Positions 7,068 to 15,343 of a stretch of 32,000 nucleotides of DNA are shown one piece after another. This DNA comes from Kiritimatiella glycovorans (lineage in GTDB: Bacteria > Verrucomicrobiota > Kiritimatiellia > Kiritimatiellales > Kiritimatiellaceae). Within the stretch, counting starts at the first letter, position 1. The number at the start of each line of letters is the position of its first letter. The stretch is taken from positions 1,830,001 through 1,862,000 of the forward strand of contig NZ_CP010904.1 in the NCBI RefSeq assembly GCF_001017655.1, read 5' to 3'. Position numbers and translations under genes: made by a program. A model generated the notes under the pieces. The model had not been told where the DNA came from. It worked only from the letters and a program-made list of their open reading frames with translations, and made no database searches.

Positions 7068-7470
7068 CCCGCCGCGAAGCGGCAATACTAACCTGCTTGG
7101 CTCCGGCCAGCTTGCATTCGTCGATCACGTCCACCAGCGGCGAGGTACGAGCGTCGCCATCGGCCAGAATAATCACAGGCGATTCCTTCTCTCGGAGTTG
7201 ACGTGCCACAACGCCGCGTACGCCGTTGACGCCGATCTCGCGTCCCCCGAACACGACCCTTCCGTCAGCCGTCAGCGCAATCATGATGCTGTGTTTGTCC
7301 ATGTCCTGAGCGCTCGCCGCCTGGGGCTTCTGGATCTCGACGCCGGTCTCCTCAACGAAAACCGTCGTCACGATGAAGAAGATCAGCAGGAGGAACACGC
7401 AGTCGATAAGGGGCGACATGTTGACCTCGACCCCACGTTCCGCCTGTTCGCTCAACGTGACGCGTTTCAT
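7063..7470 (-). CDS. exbD: ExbD/TolR-family biopolymer transport protein
   Basis: NMSPLIDCVFLLLIFFIVT TM helix followed by a periplasmic domain, 135 aa. Its start has a 4-nt overlap with the end of the preceding exbB-like gene. The TAG stop lies inside the repeat (GAT TAG TCATTGG). Confidence 0.9.
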   Translation of the reverse strand: MKRVTLSEQAERGVEVNMSPLIDCVFLLLIFFIVTTVFVEETGVEIQKPQAASAQDMDKHSIMIALTADGRVVFGGREIGVNGVRGVVARQLREKESPVIILADGDARTSPLVDVIDECKLAGAKQVSIAASRRD

Positions 7471-8105
7471 CGTTCCGTACCTTCTGTCTCATATTCCAGA
7501 GTCTGTAACGCATGGCTTCGACATTCCGCGATGACCACATGGGCGTTCCGCAGCATGCGCTGCAAGCGGGCCAGTCCGAATACGCCGGGCAAGGCGACCA
7601 CAAGCCCGAACTGGGTCGTGATCAAGGCCTGGCTGATACCGGCAGCCACGCGTGTCCCCGTGTTGCCGCCGATAGCCGCAACCGCATCGAAGGTTTGAAT
7701 CATGCCCATGACCGTTCCCAGCAGTCCCAGCAATGGCGCGATGGCAGTCAAAGCCGCCAGCACAAGAACATCCCGCCGCATAAGCTCCATGCATTCGTTC
7801 TCGCGTGCCGCGAATGCTTCTCGGGGCGCTGCCCCGCCAAGCACGTCGGTCACCGCCGCCGAAACCATGGTCGCGATTCCGCCGGGGATTGCGCGCAACC
7901 CCTCGACAAGAGGGCGCGCGGGCCCGCCCAACGCGCCACTGTGTAGCGCGTTCCTCACGACCTTGCCATCACGAATCGTTCGGGCCAGCAACTCGCGCGA
8001 ACGCAGGAACAGCCCCCAGATTCCGAGGCACACGATCCCGATAGGCAGCAGCAACGGCCCGCCCGCTCCCCAGTACGCCACCGTCTGTTCGAGCCATTCG
8101 TTCAT
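7467..8105 (-). CDS. exbB: MotA/TolQ/ExbB proton-channel protein
   Basis: LTAIAPLLGLLGTVMGMIQTF...ISQALITTQFGLVVALP signature; 212 aa. It has ATGA-type overlaps with both neighbours. Confidence 0.9.
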   Translation of the reverse strand: MNEWLEQTVAYWGAGGPLLLPIGIVCLGIWGLFLRSRELLARTIRDGKVVRNALHSGALGGPARPLVEGLRAIPGGIATMVSAAVTDVLGGAAPREAFAARENECMELMRRDVLVLAALTAIAPLLGLLGTVMGMIQTFDAVAAIGGNTGTRVAAGISQALITTQFGLVVALPGVFGLARLQRMLRNAHVVIAECRSHALQTLEYETEGTER

Positions 8106-9502
8106 CCGTCGATGCCTCGCACCTTGATATCGTTCACGATGCCCACGGCTGCGCGTTCAAGCGCACCGATAATGCCGCGAGCCCGCCGTGCCAGGAAGGC
8201 ATGCACAAGCAAGACCGGGATCGCAATGGCAAGGCCCGTCTCGGTCGTGACAAGCGCTTCAGAGATGCCGCCGGAGAGAAGCTTCGCGTCACCCGATCCA
8301 AAGATCGTGACAAGCTGGAACGTATGAATCATGCCCGTCACGGTTCCGAGCAGGCCCAGCAAAGGCGCAATGCCGCCGAGTACGGCCAGTGTGCCCAGAT
8401 TCCGTTCGAGCCGGGGCAGCGATGTGAGGACATGTTCATGCATGATCTCTTCGAGATGATCGCGCGGCGAGTCGCGGTGCTCGATGGCTTCCTCGACGAG
8501 CGACCGTAACGGCGGCTTGATTCCCGACGCCGCCTCGCGGGCCGCAGCCGTATCGCCCCGTCTTGCGGCTTCAATAGCGACAGCAACATCTTTGCCGGGT
8601 TGCACTCGGATGCCGCCAAGCTCCACGGCTTTCCAGATTGCCAGGGCGACAGCGATCACTGCCACGACCAGCAACGGAATCATCACGAAGCCGCCCTTCC
8701 TGACATGCTCCAGAAATGTCGGTTTTGCATCGGCGACCTTGATTGCATCACCAGCGGTGACATCTATCGGCACGCGTGCAGCGTCACCGGCCACCAGGGC
8801 CCGGATAGCGGCCGTCTGTGTGTCCGGGATGCGATCGTAGATCGCGGGTTGCGTCGCGCCGAACTGGGTCACCGCCAGACCCGTGGGGCCGTCGCCATCT
8901 GCGTCGAACCAGGCCACCGGGCCAAGCGTCGCGAAGCGTCCCTGTCGTTCGATCCCGTTGCCATCCAGGGCGACCCCGTCAAACAGGCATCCCCCGAACC
9001 GCTCGGCATTCCAATCCTCCGACAGCGCGAGCAGATCGCCGATGGCCTTAGCGAAACCGTCCGTCGTCTCTTCTGTTGCCAACGTCGTCTGTACAGGACG
9101 CAGTCGTTCGACAAGCCGCGCGCCTTCGGCTGCTCCGACCCGCGTTTCCATAGCACGGGCATATTCGACGAAGAGAGCGATCAGGAAATGGCATTCCTCT
9201 TCCACCGCAGTCGCTTCCGCTTCCAGCGCGGCCTGCTCCTTCTCCCCCTGGGTCCTGAGCCGCCGGATTCGTTGCACGTCGGCGCGGCGTTGTTTGACGG
9301 TGGCTTGCAGGGCCTCCAGTCGCTCCGCCAACGGCCGCCGCTGCTCCGCGATTCGCGCGCGAAGCTCGTTCAGTTCCTGGGTATCCCTCTCAATGTCGGC
9401 CTTCGCTTGAAGAACGGCGGACGACACCGTGTCGGGTTCCGATGAAACCGCTCCATCCGCCAAAACCGGGTGAAGAAGCGCGAGAAAAGCAAACCCACAC
9501 AT
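8102..9502 (-). CDS. Large MotA/TolQ/ExbB-family protein with a long coiled-coil periplasmic N-domain (TtpC-like)
   Basis: The C-terminal part reads GGIAPLLGLLGTVTGMIHTF...ISEALVTTETGLAIAIPVLL. The N-terminal ~300 aa are coiled-coil. I prefer the start MCGFAFLALLHPVLA at 9502. The track start at 9580 adds 26 residues encoded entirely by the repeat element (see findings). Confidence 0.8.
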   Translation of the reverse strand: MCGFAFLALLHPVLADGAVSSEPDTVSSAVLQAKADIERDTQELNELRARIAEQRRPLAERLEALQATVKQRRADVQRIRRLRTQGEKEQAALEAEATAVEEECHFLIALFVEYARAMETRVGAAEGARLVERLRPVQTTLATEETTDGFAKAIGDLLALSEDWNAERFGGCLFDGVALDGNGIERQGRFATLGPVAWFDADGDGPTGLAVTQFGATQPAIYDRIPDTQTAAIRALVAGDAARVPIDVTAGDAIKVADAKPTFLEHVRKGGFVMIPLLVVAVIAVALAIWKAVELGGIRVQPGKDVAVAIEAARRGDTAAAREAASGIKPPLRSLVEEAIEHRDSPRDHLEEIMHEHVLTSLPRLERNLGTLAVLGGIAPLLGLLGTVTGMIHTFQLVTIFGSGDAKLLSGGISEALVTTETGLAIAIPVLLVHAFLARRARGIIGALERAAVGIVNDIKVRGIDG

Positions 9503-9572
9503 GGCCAATGACCTGCCTTCGCCAAGGCTGCGGCGGAGCCGCCAAATGACCAATGCCCAATGCCCAATGACT
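9503..9572. repeat. Heptamer-hairpin element with two hairpins (GCCTT CGCC AAGGC and GCGGC GGA GCCGC) plus AAATGACCAATGCCCAATGCCCAATGAC
   Basis: Read directly. It lies between the DUF3450-like gene and the TtpC-like gene. Confidence 0.9.
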
Positions 9573-9576
9573 CCTC

Positions 9577-10356
9577 TCATGGCTCCACCTCCTCGGCGAC
9601 CTGCATGGGAAGCACTACGAGCTGCGCGGTCTCCTGCCGGTTCAGAGTGTCAATCGCACGTCGAACGGACTGCCCGTCTCCAGTGGATGGCGTCCATGTC
9701 CAGCCCGCATCGGCGGGTACTCCCACCGCAGCCCAATCGTTCCCCGGGGAAACCGCGAACGCTCGTGCCAGCCCGACATAGAGCACGTCCACCCGTCGAC
9801 GTTCGCCCTCGACATCCAGTGTCTCGCGTGTCGCATGGAATTGGTTCTGGAGTGTCTCGATCTGCGTGTAGAGCGCCGCCACGGTCTGAGCTCGCTTCGT
9901 CAGCGGCAGTCTCTCCGCTTCCGTCTGCGTCGAAGGCAGTGCGTCGAACCCGGTGACCGACGCCATCAATCCCGACGGTATCCGTGTGCGCCATCGGCGC
10001 AAATCGGCCTCGGCGCGATCCAATACAGCGCGAAGCTTCAGAAGCTCGGCGTCCATGTGCTCTTTGCGCGCCAACGCTGCCGCACGCTTCCTCTCGACCG
10101 TTGAGGCGAACGTTTCGCCGTCGTCGATCTCCTCCTTGAGCGTCTTGGATTCCTGTTCGAGGAGTGCGATCTCTTCTTCCCACTGCTCCCGCCGTGCATC
10201 CCAATCGCGTTTCTCTTCTGCAATGGTTGTGCGTAGTGCCATCCAGCGGCCGACCAGCGCATCGAGCTGGTTCAGCGAGCCATCTCCTCCATCTGCCCGC
10301 GCCAGCCACGGAAGCAATATCATCCCCGCCAGCATTACTCGCCTTGCTCGTGTCAT
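9577..10356 (-). CDS. DUF3450-like periplasmic coiled-coil protein (TtpB-like first gene of the TonB2-type module)
   Basis: Signal peptide MTRARRVMLAGMILLPWLARA, then a long coiled coil, then a C-terminal ...VDVLYVGLARAFAVSPGNDWAAVGVP...WTW region typical of the family. It sits directly upstream of the TtpC-like gene. An alternative start is Met8 at 10335. The first ATG belongs to the repeat. Confidence 0.7.
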   Translation of the reverse strand: MTRARRVMLAGMILLPWLARADGGDGSLNQLDALVGRWMALRTTIAEEKRDWDARREQWEEEIALLEQESKTLKEEIDDGETFASTVERKRAAALARKEHMDAELLKLRAVLDRAEADLRRWRTRIPSGLMASVTGFDALPSTQTEAERLPLTKRAQTVAALYTQIETLQNQFHATRETLDVEGERRRVDVLYVGLARAFAVSPGNDWAAVGVPADAGWTWTPSTGDGQSVRRAIDTLNRQETAQLVVLPMQVAEEVEP

Positions 10357-10497
10357 TGGTCATGTCCTCGCTTTGCTCGTCATTGGTCATTTGCGGGCTT
10401 TGCCCGCGTCATTTGCTCACTTTGTTCGCGTCATCGGTCATCAGTCATTAGTCATCGGTTGTCTCCTCCATTGACCAATGACCAATGACTAATGACC
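10352..10497. repeat. Composite heptamer-hairpin array (GGTCATT-orientation units, then GGAGGAGAC, then AATGACC-orientation units)
   Basis: It contains GCGGGC TTT GCCCGC and the degenerate spacers CTCGCTTTGCTCG and CTCACTTTGTTCG. It is homologous in unit order to the array at 15213-15343. Confidence 0.9.
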
Positions 10498-10983
10498 ACT
10501 TCTGTAGTCGCGCACGCCGCGCCTCCGTGCCGTGTCGTCCCCGACCTCCTCCTGCCAGCCTGAGCGGACGTTTTCTCGAAGATCGTAGCGGGCAATGAAG
10601 GGTTTGATATCCAGCAGAGGGGTGCCGTCCAGAACGTCCAGATCCTCCACGTGCAGCGTGGTGCCTTCTATCGACAGCAACCGCACGACGCTGAAACCGA
10701 TATGGTTGGGACGGAACGGGGCGCGCGTGGCAAACACGCCCCGTTCCTCATCCTGAAGGTACGGGCGTACTCGGAGCTTCACCTGTTCTGCGCGGTGGAA
10801 GCGATACAGCAAGTAGACATGGGAGAACCCATCAAGGTCGAGCAGACCATCCGCGTACGCATCGTCCACCGTGACCGTGCCGCGAATCCCGCTGGCAAAC
10901 ACGGGCTGGATAGGCGTCTCTTTCGGGTTCTTGTGAGGTGAATGGATTTGTCCGATAGGCTCGATGGCAAACATGTCGTTCAT
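10489..10983 (-). CDS. trmO: tRNA (m6t6A37) methyltransferase TrmO/TsaA (YaeB family)
   Basis: IEPIGQIHSP...DLDGFSHVYLLYRFH...RAPFRPNHIGFSVVRLLSIEGTTLHVEDLDVLDGTPLLDIKP is the classic TsaA-like beta-barrel motif set. It has an ATGA overlap with the upstream SPFH gene. The last codons and the TAG come from the repeat (AGT GGT CAT TAG). Confidence 0.9.
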   Translation of the reverse strand: MNDMFAIEPIGQIHSPHKNPKETPIQPVFASGIRGTVTVDDAYADGLLDLDGFSHVYLLYRFHRAEQVKLRVRPYLQDEERGVFATRAPFRPNHIGFSVVRLLSIEGTTLHVEDLDVLDGTPLLDIKPFIARYDLRENVRSGWQEEVGDDTARRRGVRDYRSGH

Positions 10984-12155
10984 CGTCGTCTCCCCATCTC
11001 GAGATACAGCGTGTCGTCGTCGCCATGCGGCAAGAAGAAGGTCTCGACGCGTCCGGCGAAGATCCTTTGCAGCGCGTCCTGGATCTGGCGGTCGCGATAG
11101 AAGGCGGGGTTGCGTTCATACAACTCGAGCATCACCAGAAACCGCTCCGATGCGCCCCGGACAAACTCGACTCCACGGGTCTTCGTAGCAAGAGCGGCTT
11201 GGATGATGGCTGCCGCCTGCCCGCTCATCTCGGAACTGAGCAGTACGCCTTCGACGCGCTCTTCGGCGGCCCGGATTGCAGCGGCGTCGCCATCCGCCTT
11301 GGCCTGCTCGTATGCGGCAATAGCCTCCAACATGGCAGGGGCGCCCATGCCCGCGACTTCGTTCAGCAGCGCAGTGCGCTGTTGTTCCGCCTTCTCGATC
11401 CGCTGTGCCTTCTTGCTCTGCGCCAGGTTGACGGCTTGGAAGGCTGCCGACACGGAAGGCGGAACCGCGCGGGCGTTCACCGAAACGTTGGCTATCACAA
11501 GCCCCGTATCCATGGCCTCAAGCGCGGCCTGCGCCGTGGCGCGAATCTGTTCGCCGGAAAGATCGCCTTTGTAGAAAGCCTCGATCGGGGTCCGGGCGAG
11601 CGCATGAACAGTGCCTTGTTCGAGTGCGTTGCGAACGACAGTCCGAGCGCGGTCCATGGACCCCGCCGTCTTCACGAAGCGCAGCGCGGGGGACCCGCCC
11701 ACGGTTTCGCTCGGCGACGCGAGGCGATAGGCAGCGGACAACCGAAGGTGCACCAGGTTCTTGTCGCCCGTGACCAGCGATGCGTCCCATGCCGAAGACG
11801 CCGTGCGATACGGATAGGCGTACTCGCTCTGCTCGGCCCAGAAGCACGTATCGAGTTCGATTTGCTGCAGCGTCGTGGGGATGAAGAACACCTCATCCAG
11901 CGGGCGGGGCAACGAGAAATAGGGGCCGCCGGGCGTGAAGACGCGCGATGGACCGCTGTCGGCAATCCGTCCGAATCGCGTCCGGATGGCGACCTTGCCT
12001 TCAGGCACGAAGAAGACACCGCTCAAGGCAAACGCAGCGAGCAACAGGACGACGAACCACTTCAGCAGGGCGAATACGCGCAGCAGAGACGCCTCGACCG
12101 CCTGCAGTGTGGCGGATTTCTGTGCCGCGTCCGTATGGCGGGGCGTACTACTCAT
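10980..12155 (-). CDS. SPFH/band-7 domain membrane protein (HflK/HflC-like paralogue 3)
   Basis: N-terminal TM helix (FALLKWFVVLLLAAFALSGVFFV), then an SPFH-like beta-rich part and a long Ala/Glu/Gln-rich helical region (AAFQAVNLAQSKKAQRIEKAEQQR). It has an 8-nt overlap with the upstream hflC-like gene. Confidence 0.75.
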   Translation of the reverse strand: MSSTPRHTDAAQKSATLQAVEASLLRVFALLKWFVVLLLAAFALSGVFFVPEGKVAIRTRFGRIADSGPSRVFTPGGPYFSLPRPLDEVFFIPTTLQQIELDTCFWAEQSEYAYPYRTASSAWDASLVTGDKNLVHLRLSAAYRLASPSETVGGSPALRFVKTAGSMDRARTVVRNALEQGTVHALARTPIEAFYKGDLSGEQIRATAQAALEAMDTGLVIANVSVNARAVPPSVSAAFQAVNLAQSKKAQRIEKAEQQRTALLNEVAGMGAPAMLEAIAAYEQAKADGDAAAIRAAEERVEGVLLSSEMSGQAAAIIQAALATKTRGVEFVRGASERFLVMLELYERNPAFYRDRQIQDALQRIFAGRVETFFLPHGDDDTLYLEMGRRR

Positions 12156-13098
12156 GCGTCGCCCCTTCCTGATGACCCGCGGGAGCGTTCGTCTGCGCGG
12201 GAATGAGCGTCTGGAGTAGATCGAACGGCTGGGTTTGGGGATCGATCAGAAACGTGGAGTTGTTGGAGAGCATGGTTTCGAGCGCTTCGAGTTTCCGCAC
12301 GAACACGGCAAACTCCTCGTTGCGGGCAAACACCTCGTAGTAGCGGGCCGCGGCGGCGTCGCCCTCCGCCCGAAGGGCCTGTGCCTTGCGGTTCGCGAAG
12401 GCCAGGATGCGGTCGCGGTCGCTTCTCGCCTTGGCCTCGATCCCGGCCGCGATCGCTTGTCCCTCGGATTGCGCGTTCTGAGCCAATCGGCGGCGCGTCT
12501 GGCGCATGCGCTCGTACACCGAGTTCGCAATCTGATCGGGGAACTGCAGGCGCTTGATGCCCACCCGGGCGATGCTGATGCCATAATCCTTGCCGGCCAG
12601 ATCCTGGCGCAGCCGCACCAGAATGCGCTCTTCGAGTTCTTGGAGCTTGAGCCGGGAGGGATCCGTGTTTGCCAACTCGTCCAAGGTGTAGTTGCCTACC
12701 TCCGACCGCGTGGTACGTAGGCGGTCTACGAGAAAGCGCGTGGCGTTCTCGTCGTCCTGCATGGAGCGCATGAAGGCAAGACCATCGCTTACGCGCCACA
12801 CGAGGTAGGTTTTCAGAATCACGATCTGCTTGTCCTTGGTTTCCTGCTGTTCCAGACGATCTTCGATCAAGCGCAGCCTTGTGTCGAAGAACCGCACTTG
12901 CTGGATAGGCCAGGGCCACTTGAAGTAGAATCCGGCCGATTGGCCGTCGCGATTGCGAACATCCGCCTCGTCGGCACGACCGAAAGTGGTGACGACGGCC
13001 GTTTGGTCGAATCGCACAACGAAGCTCGTTGCGTAGAGCACCAGTCCGGCAACCACACAAAGGGCCAGCAACCATCGAAGAACACGGTTCGTTTTCAT
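12148..13098 (-). CDS. hflC: HflC-like SPFH protein (protease modulator family)
   Basis: MKTNRVLRWLLALCVVAGLVLYATSFVVRFDQTAVVTTFGR...GISIARVGIKRLQFPDQIANSVYERMRQTRRRLAQNAQSEGQA...ARYYEVFARNEEFAVFVRKLEALE closely follows the HflC pattern. It has an ATGA overlap with the upstream gene. Confidence 0.85.
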   Translation of the reverse strand: MKTNRVLRWLLALCVVAGLVLYATSFVVRFDQTAVVTTFGRADEADVRNRDGQSAGFYFKWPWPIQQVRFFDTRLRLIEDRLEQQETKDKQIVILKTYLVWRVSDGLAFMRSMQDDENATRFLVDRLRTTRSEVGNYTLDELANTDPSRLKLQELEERILVRLRQDLAGKDYGISIARVGIKRLQFPDQIANSVYERMRQTRRRLAQNAQSEGQAIAAGIEAKARSDRDRILAFANRKAQALRAEGDAAAARYYEVFARNEEFAVFVRKLEALETMLSNNSTFLIDPQTQPFDLLQTLIPAQTNAPAGHQEGATHE

Positions 13099-15212
13099 CT
13101 GTCGTACATCTCCTCATCTAAATCGGTTTCGGGACTCGACGATCGCCCAGGCCCGCCACGTTGGATGTCAAACTCAGCAGCCTCGTCCAGCCATCCGACC
13201 CCGTCTTCGAATCCGGCGAAGTTGAACCGCAGCACGCTGCGATCGCGCTGAGAGAGTAGAACGTACTTCCGGCTGTTGCGCATGCCGTTCTCCATCGTGG
13301 TCATGGTGCGCCACACCGGATACATCGTGGGGCCGATACGAAGAAGGGCGATTTCACGGCGAAAGCGTTCCGCCTTGCCCGCCTCCTCAAGCTCGCGGCC
13401 CCAGCGATAGGCGAGAGCGTCGGCAAAGATGCCGGCGACCCGTCCGCCGCCCTGCTCCAATAGAGCCTCCTGACTGCCGGCGCTCGGCAACGCGTTGCCG
13501 GATTGCTCGGGAACGTCCGCCCGGGATTGCGTTTCCGAATTCACCATCGAAGCAAGCAGGTCCTTCGCCCTTTGCTCGTCGCCGAAGGCCTCGACCAGCA
13601 GGTGCGTTGCGTGGCTCTCTGCGTTCTGAATGGACGTTTCCCTGCGCTGGCGGGCGATCACGGTATCGTGGAAAGCCGATGCCGTCTGTTGCGGCGGATG
13701 GATCCCCGACATGCCGACATGGAGCACCTCGATCCCCAGCTGCAGATCGTCGACCTCATCCTGTATGGACGCAGCCATGCGCTCCGCCGCTTCATTGCGG
13801 CCTGCTCCCAGCAGGCTGTCGATTTCGTGGCGAAAGAGCTCGCGGGATGCAGCCGTCTCCGCCACCGCCCGAAACGTGGCCTCCGGATCCCGAAAGCTGC
13901 GAACATACAGCCCCAGATCGCGAATCCGGTACTCGACACAGACATCGCCGCCAATCAGCGAAACGGTTGGCGGACGCTTTCTGTCGGTCGGCGACCCGGT
14001 CGAATCGGGGGGGGCGCTACCGCCCGCGATGTCAGCCGGCGGTGCCACGATCATGAGGCTCTCTTCGCTCAATCCGTGCAGATTGGCCCACAGGATGGGA
14101 ACGTCGGGCCGGTACACATCCTGGCCGGCTTCAGCAGAATGCGAGCCCACATGGGTCCGCCTGATACGGCCGGTGTTCTCGACAACAGCGACATCAACCG
14201 GCCAGGGCGCTTTCAGGTGCAGCCCGGGGCCAAGCAGGCCAGGGCGGTATCTCCCAAACCGCAGGATCACTGCATGCTCTGAGGGCTCCACGATGACAAT
14301 GCAGGATAGCAGCACGAGAACAGAACCGAGGCCGATGAACAGAGGGCCGGCGGCGCGGCCAGCCAAACGCGGCAACGTGGTTTGGGAGACCGCAAAGCCG
14401 AACTGATAGTCCAGTGCGTCCACGATGCCCGCACGCAATCCTTCTGCACCTGTCACGGCCACTAACAGCCGCGAGGAGAAGGCGGGGGGCGGTTCGACGC
14501 TCTTCGATCGGGGACGAATGCAACCCAGTACAGCACCCGCCAGCAGTTCTATCCCGATGAGGGCAGCGGCGACGTTCGCTACAGTTGCCGCGAGGCGATG
14601 CGGCAGGTGCCATCCCACGAGCTGCCCGGCGAAGCCTGCGCACAACAACACGCCAGCCCAGACATGTACATGCCACCAGCCTAGCCCGTCACGTATCCGC
14701 GGGCCTTCTCCACTGCGTGCCACATGTGACATAAAGACCAGCACGGCAAAGCAGAGCAACGCAAGAACGGCACTGACGACGAGGCCCGCCACAGTTTGAG
14801 AGTGGGCAATCGGGAAGCCAGACGAACTCATGTCACCGATCAACGAACGCGAGGTGTACAGCAACGTTCCACCCGCGAGTGCGCTGAGCACGGGCTGCCC
14901 AATGCGCTGCATGAGCTCCGCCCACTCGCGCGCTCCCTTGATGAGCAGCGCCGGATCCGTCGTGTTGTCCGAATCGCCCCATCTGTTCGCGGTCACATCG
15001 GGCTTGCGCGCGAGATCGGCCTCCAGGCCCGTCACCTTCCGCCGCCAATGCAGCATGAGGGCTACATGCCCCCATAGAGCCCCGCCCGCAATCGCCAGAA
15101 CGGCGCCCGGGAAACAGCCGGCCGCGCCCGTCTTTCGGCCGACGGACAACCATGCCACGGCCAGCGCAAACTGAAGCGCGGCGCCGATCGTCACGAAACG
15201 CGTGGCGCACAT
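13095..15212 (-). CDS. Polytopic membrane protein fused to an SPFH/HflK-like domain (about 705 aa)
   Basis: The N-terminal ~300 aa carry several hydrophobic helices. An SPFH core follows (EHAVILRFGRYRPGLLGPGLHLKAPWPVDVAVV ... LQLGIEVLHVGMSGIHPPQQTASAFHDTVIARQRRETSIQNAE). I prefer the start MCATRF at 15212. The track start at 15239 (MTNDTSKAS) lies in the repeat. Confidence 0.75.
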   Translation of the reverse strand: MCATRFVTIGAALQFALAVAWLSVGRKTGAAGCFPGAVLAIAGGALWGHVALMLHWRRKVTGLEADLARKPDVTANRWGDSDNTTDPALLIKGAREWAELMQRIGQPVLSALAGGTLLYTSRSLIGDMSSSGFPIAHSQTVAGLVVSAVLALLCFAVLVFMSHVARSGEGPRIRDGLGWWHVHVWAGVLLCAGFAGQLVGWHLPHRLAATVANVAAALIGIELLAGAVLGCIRPRSKSVEPPPAFSSRLLVAVTGAEGLRAGIVDALDYQFGFAVSQTTLPRLAGRAAGPLFIGLGSVLVLLSCIVIVEPSEHAVILRFGRYRPGLLGPGLHLKAPWPVDVAVVENTGRIRRTHVGSHSAEAGQDVYRPDVPILWANLHGLSEESLMIVAPPADIAGGSAPPDSTGSPTDRKRPPTVSLIGGDVCVEYRIRDLGLYVRSFRDPEATFRAVAETAASRELFRHEIDSLLGAGRNEAAERMAASIQDEVDDLQLGIEVLHVGMSGIHPPQQTASAFHDTVIARQRRETSIQNAESHATHLLVEAFGDEQRAKDLLASMVNSETQSRADVPEQSGNALPSAGSQEALLEQGGGRVAGIFADALAYRWGRELEEAGKAERFRREIALLRIGPTMYPVWRTMTTMENGMRNSRKYVLLSQRDRSVLRFNFAGFEDGVGWLDEAAEFDIQRGGPGRSSSPETDLDEEMYDR

Positions 15213-15343
15213 ACTCGCTTTGCTCGTGTCATTGGTCATTGGTCATGTACTCGCTTTGCTCGTGTCATTTACTCACTTCGTTCGGGTCATTGGTCATTGG
15301 TTGCATCACGCGCCGCAGGCGCCAATGACTAATGACCACTGAC
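15213..15343. repeat. Composite heptamer-hairpin array
   Basis: ACTCGCTTTGCTCGTGTCATTGGTCATTGGTCAT occurs twice, followed by TCATTTACTCACTTCGTTCGGGTCATTGGTCATTGG, the hairpin GCGCC GCA GGCGC, and CAATGACTAATGACCACTGAC. It overlaps the ATPase stop. Confidence 0.9.

Noticed and set aside
11025-12206. 393-aa plus-strand ORF, and the 321-aa minus-strand ORF 12152..13117
   Set aside because: The first is antisense to the SPFH genes and the second is an alternative frame of them. Both are Arg/Gly/Pro-rich with no motifs, while the chosen frames give clear HflK/C-type sequence and coupled start/stop overlaps.
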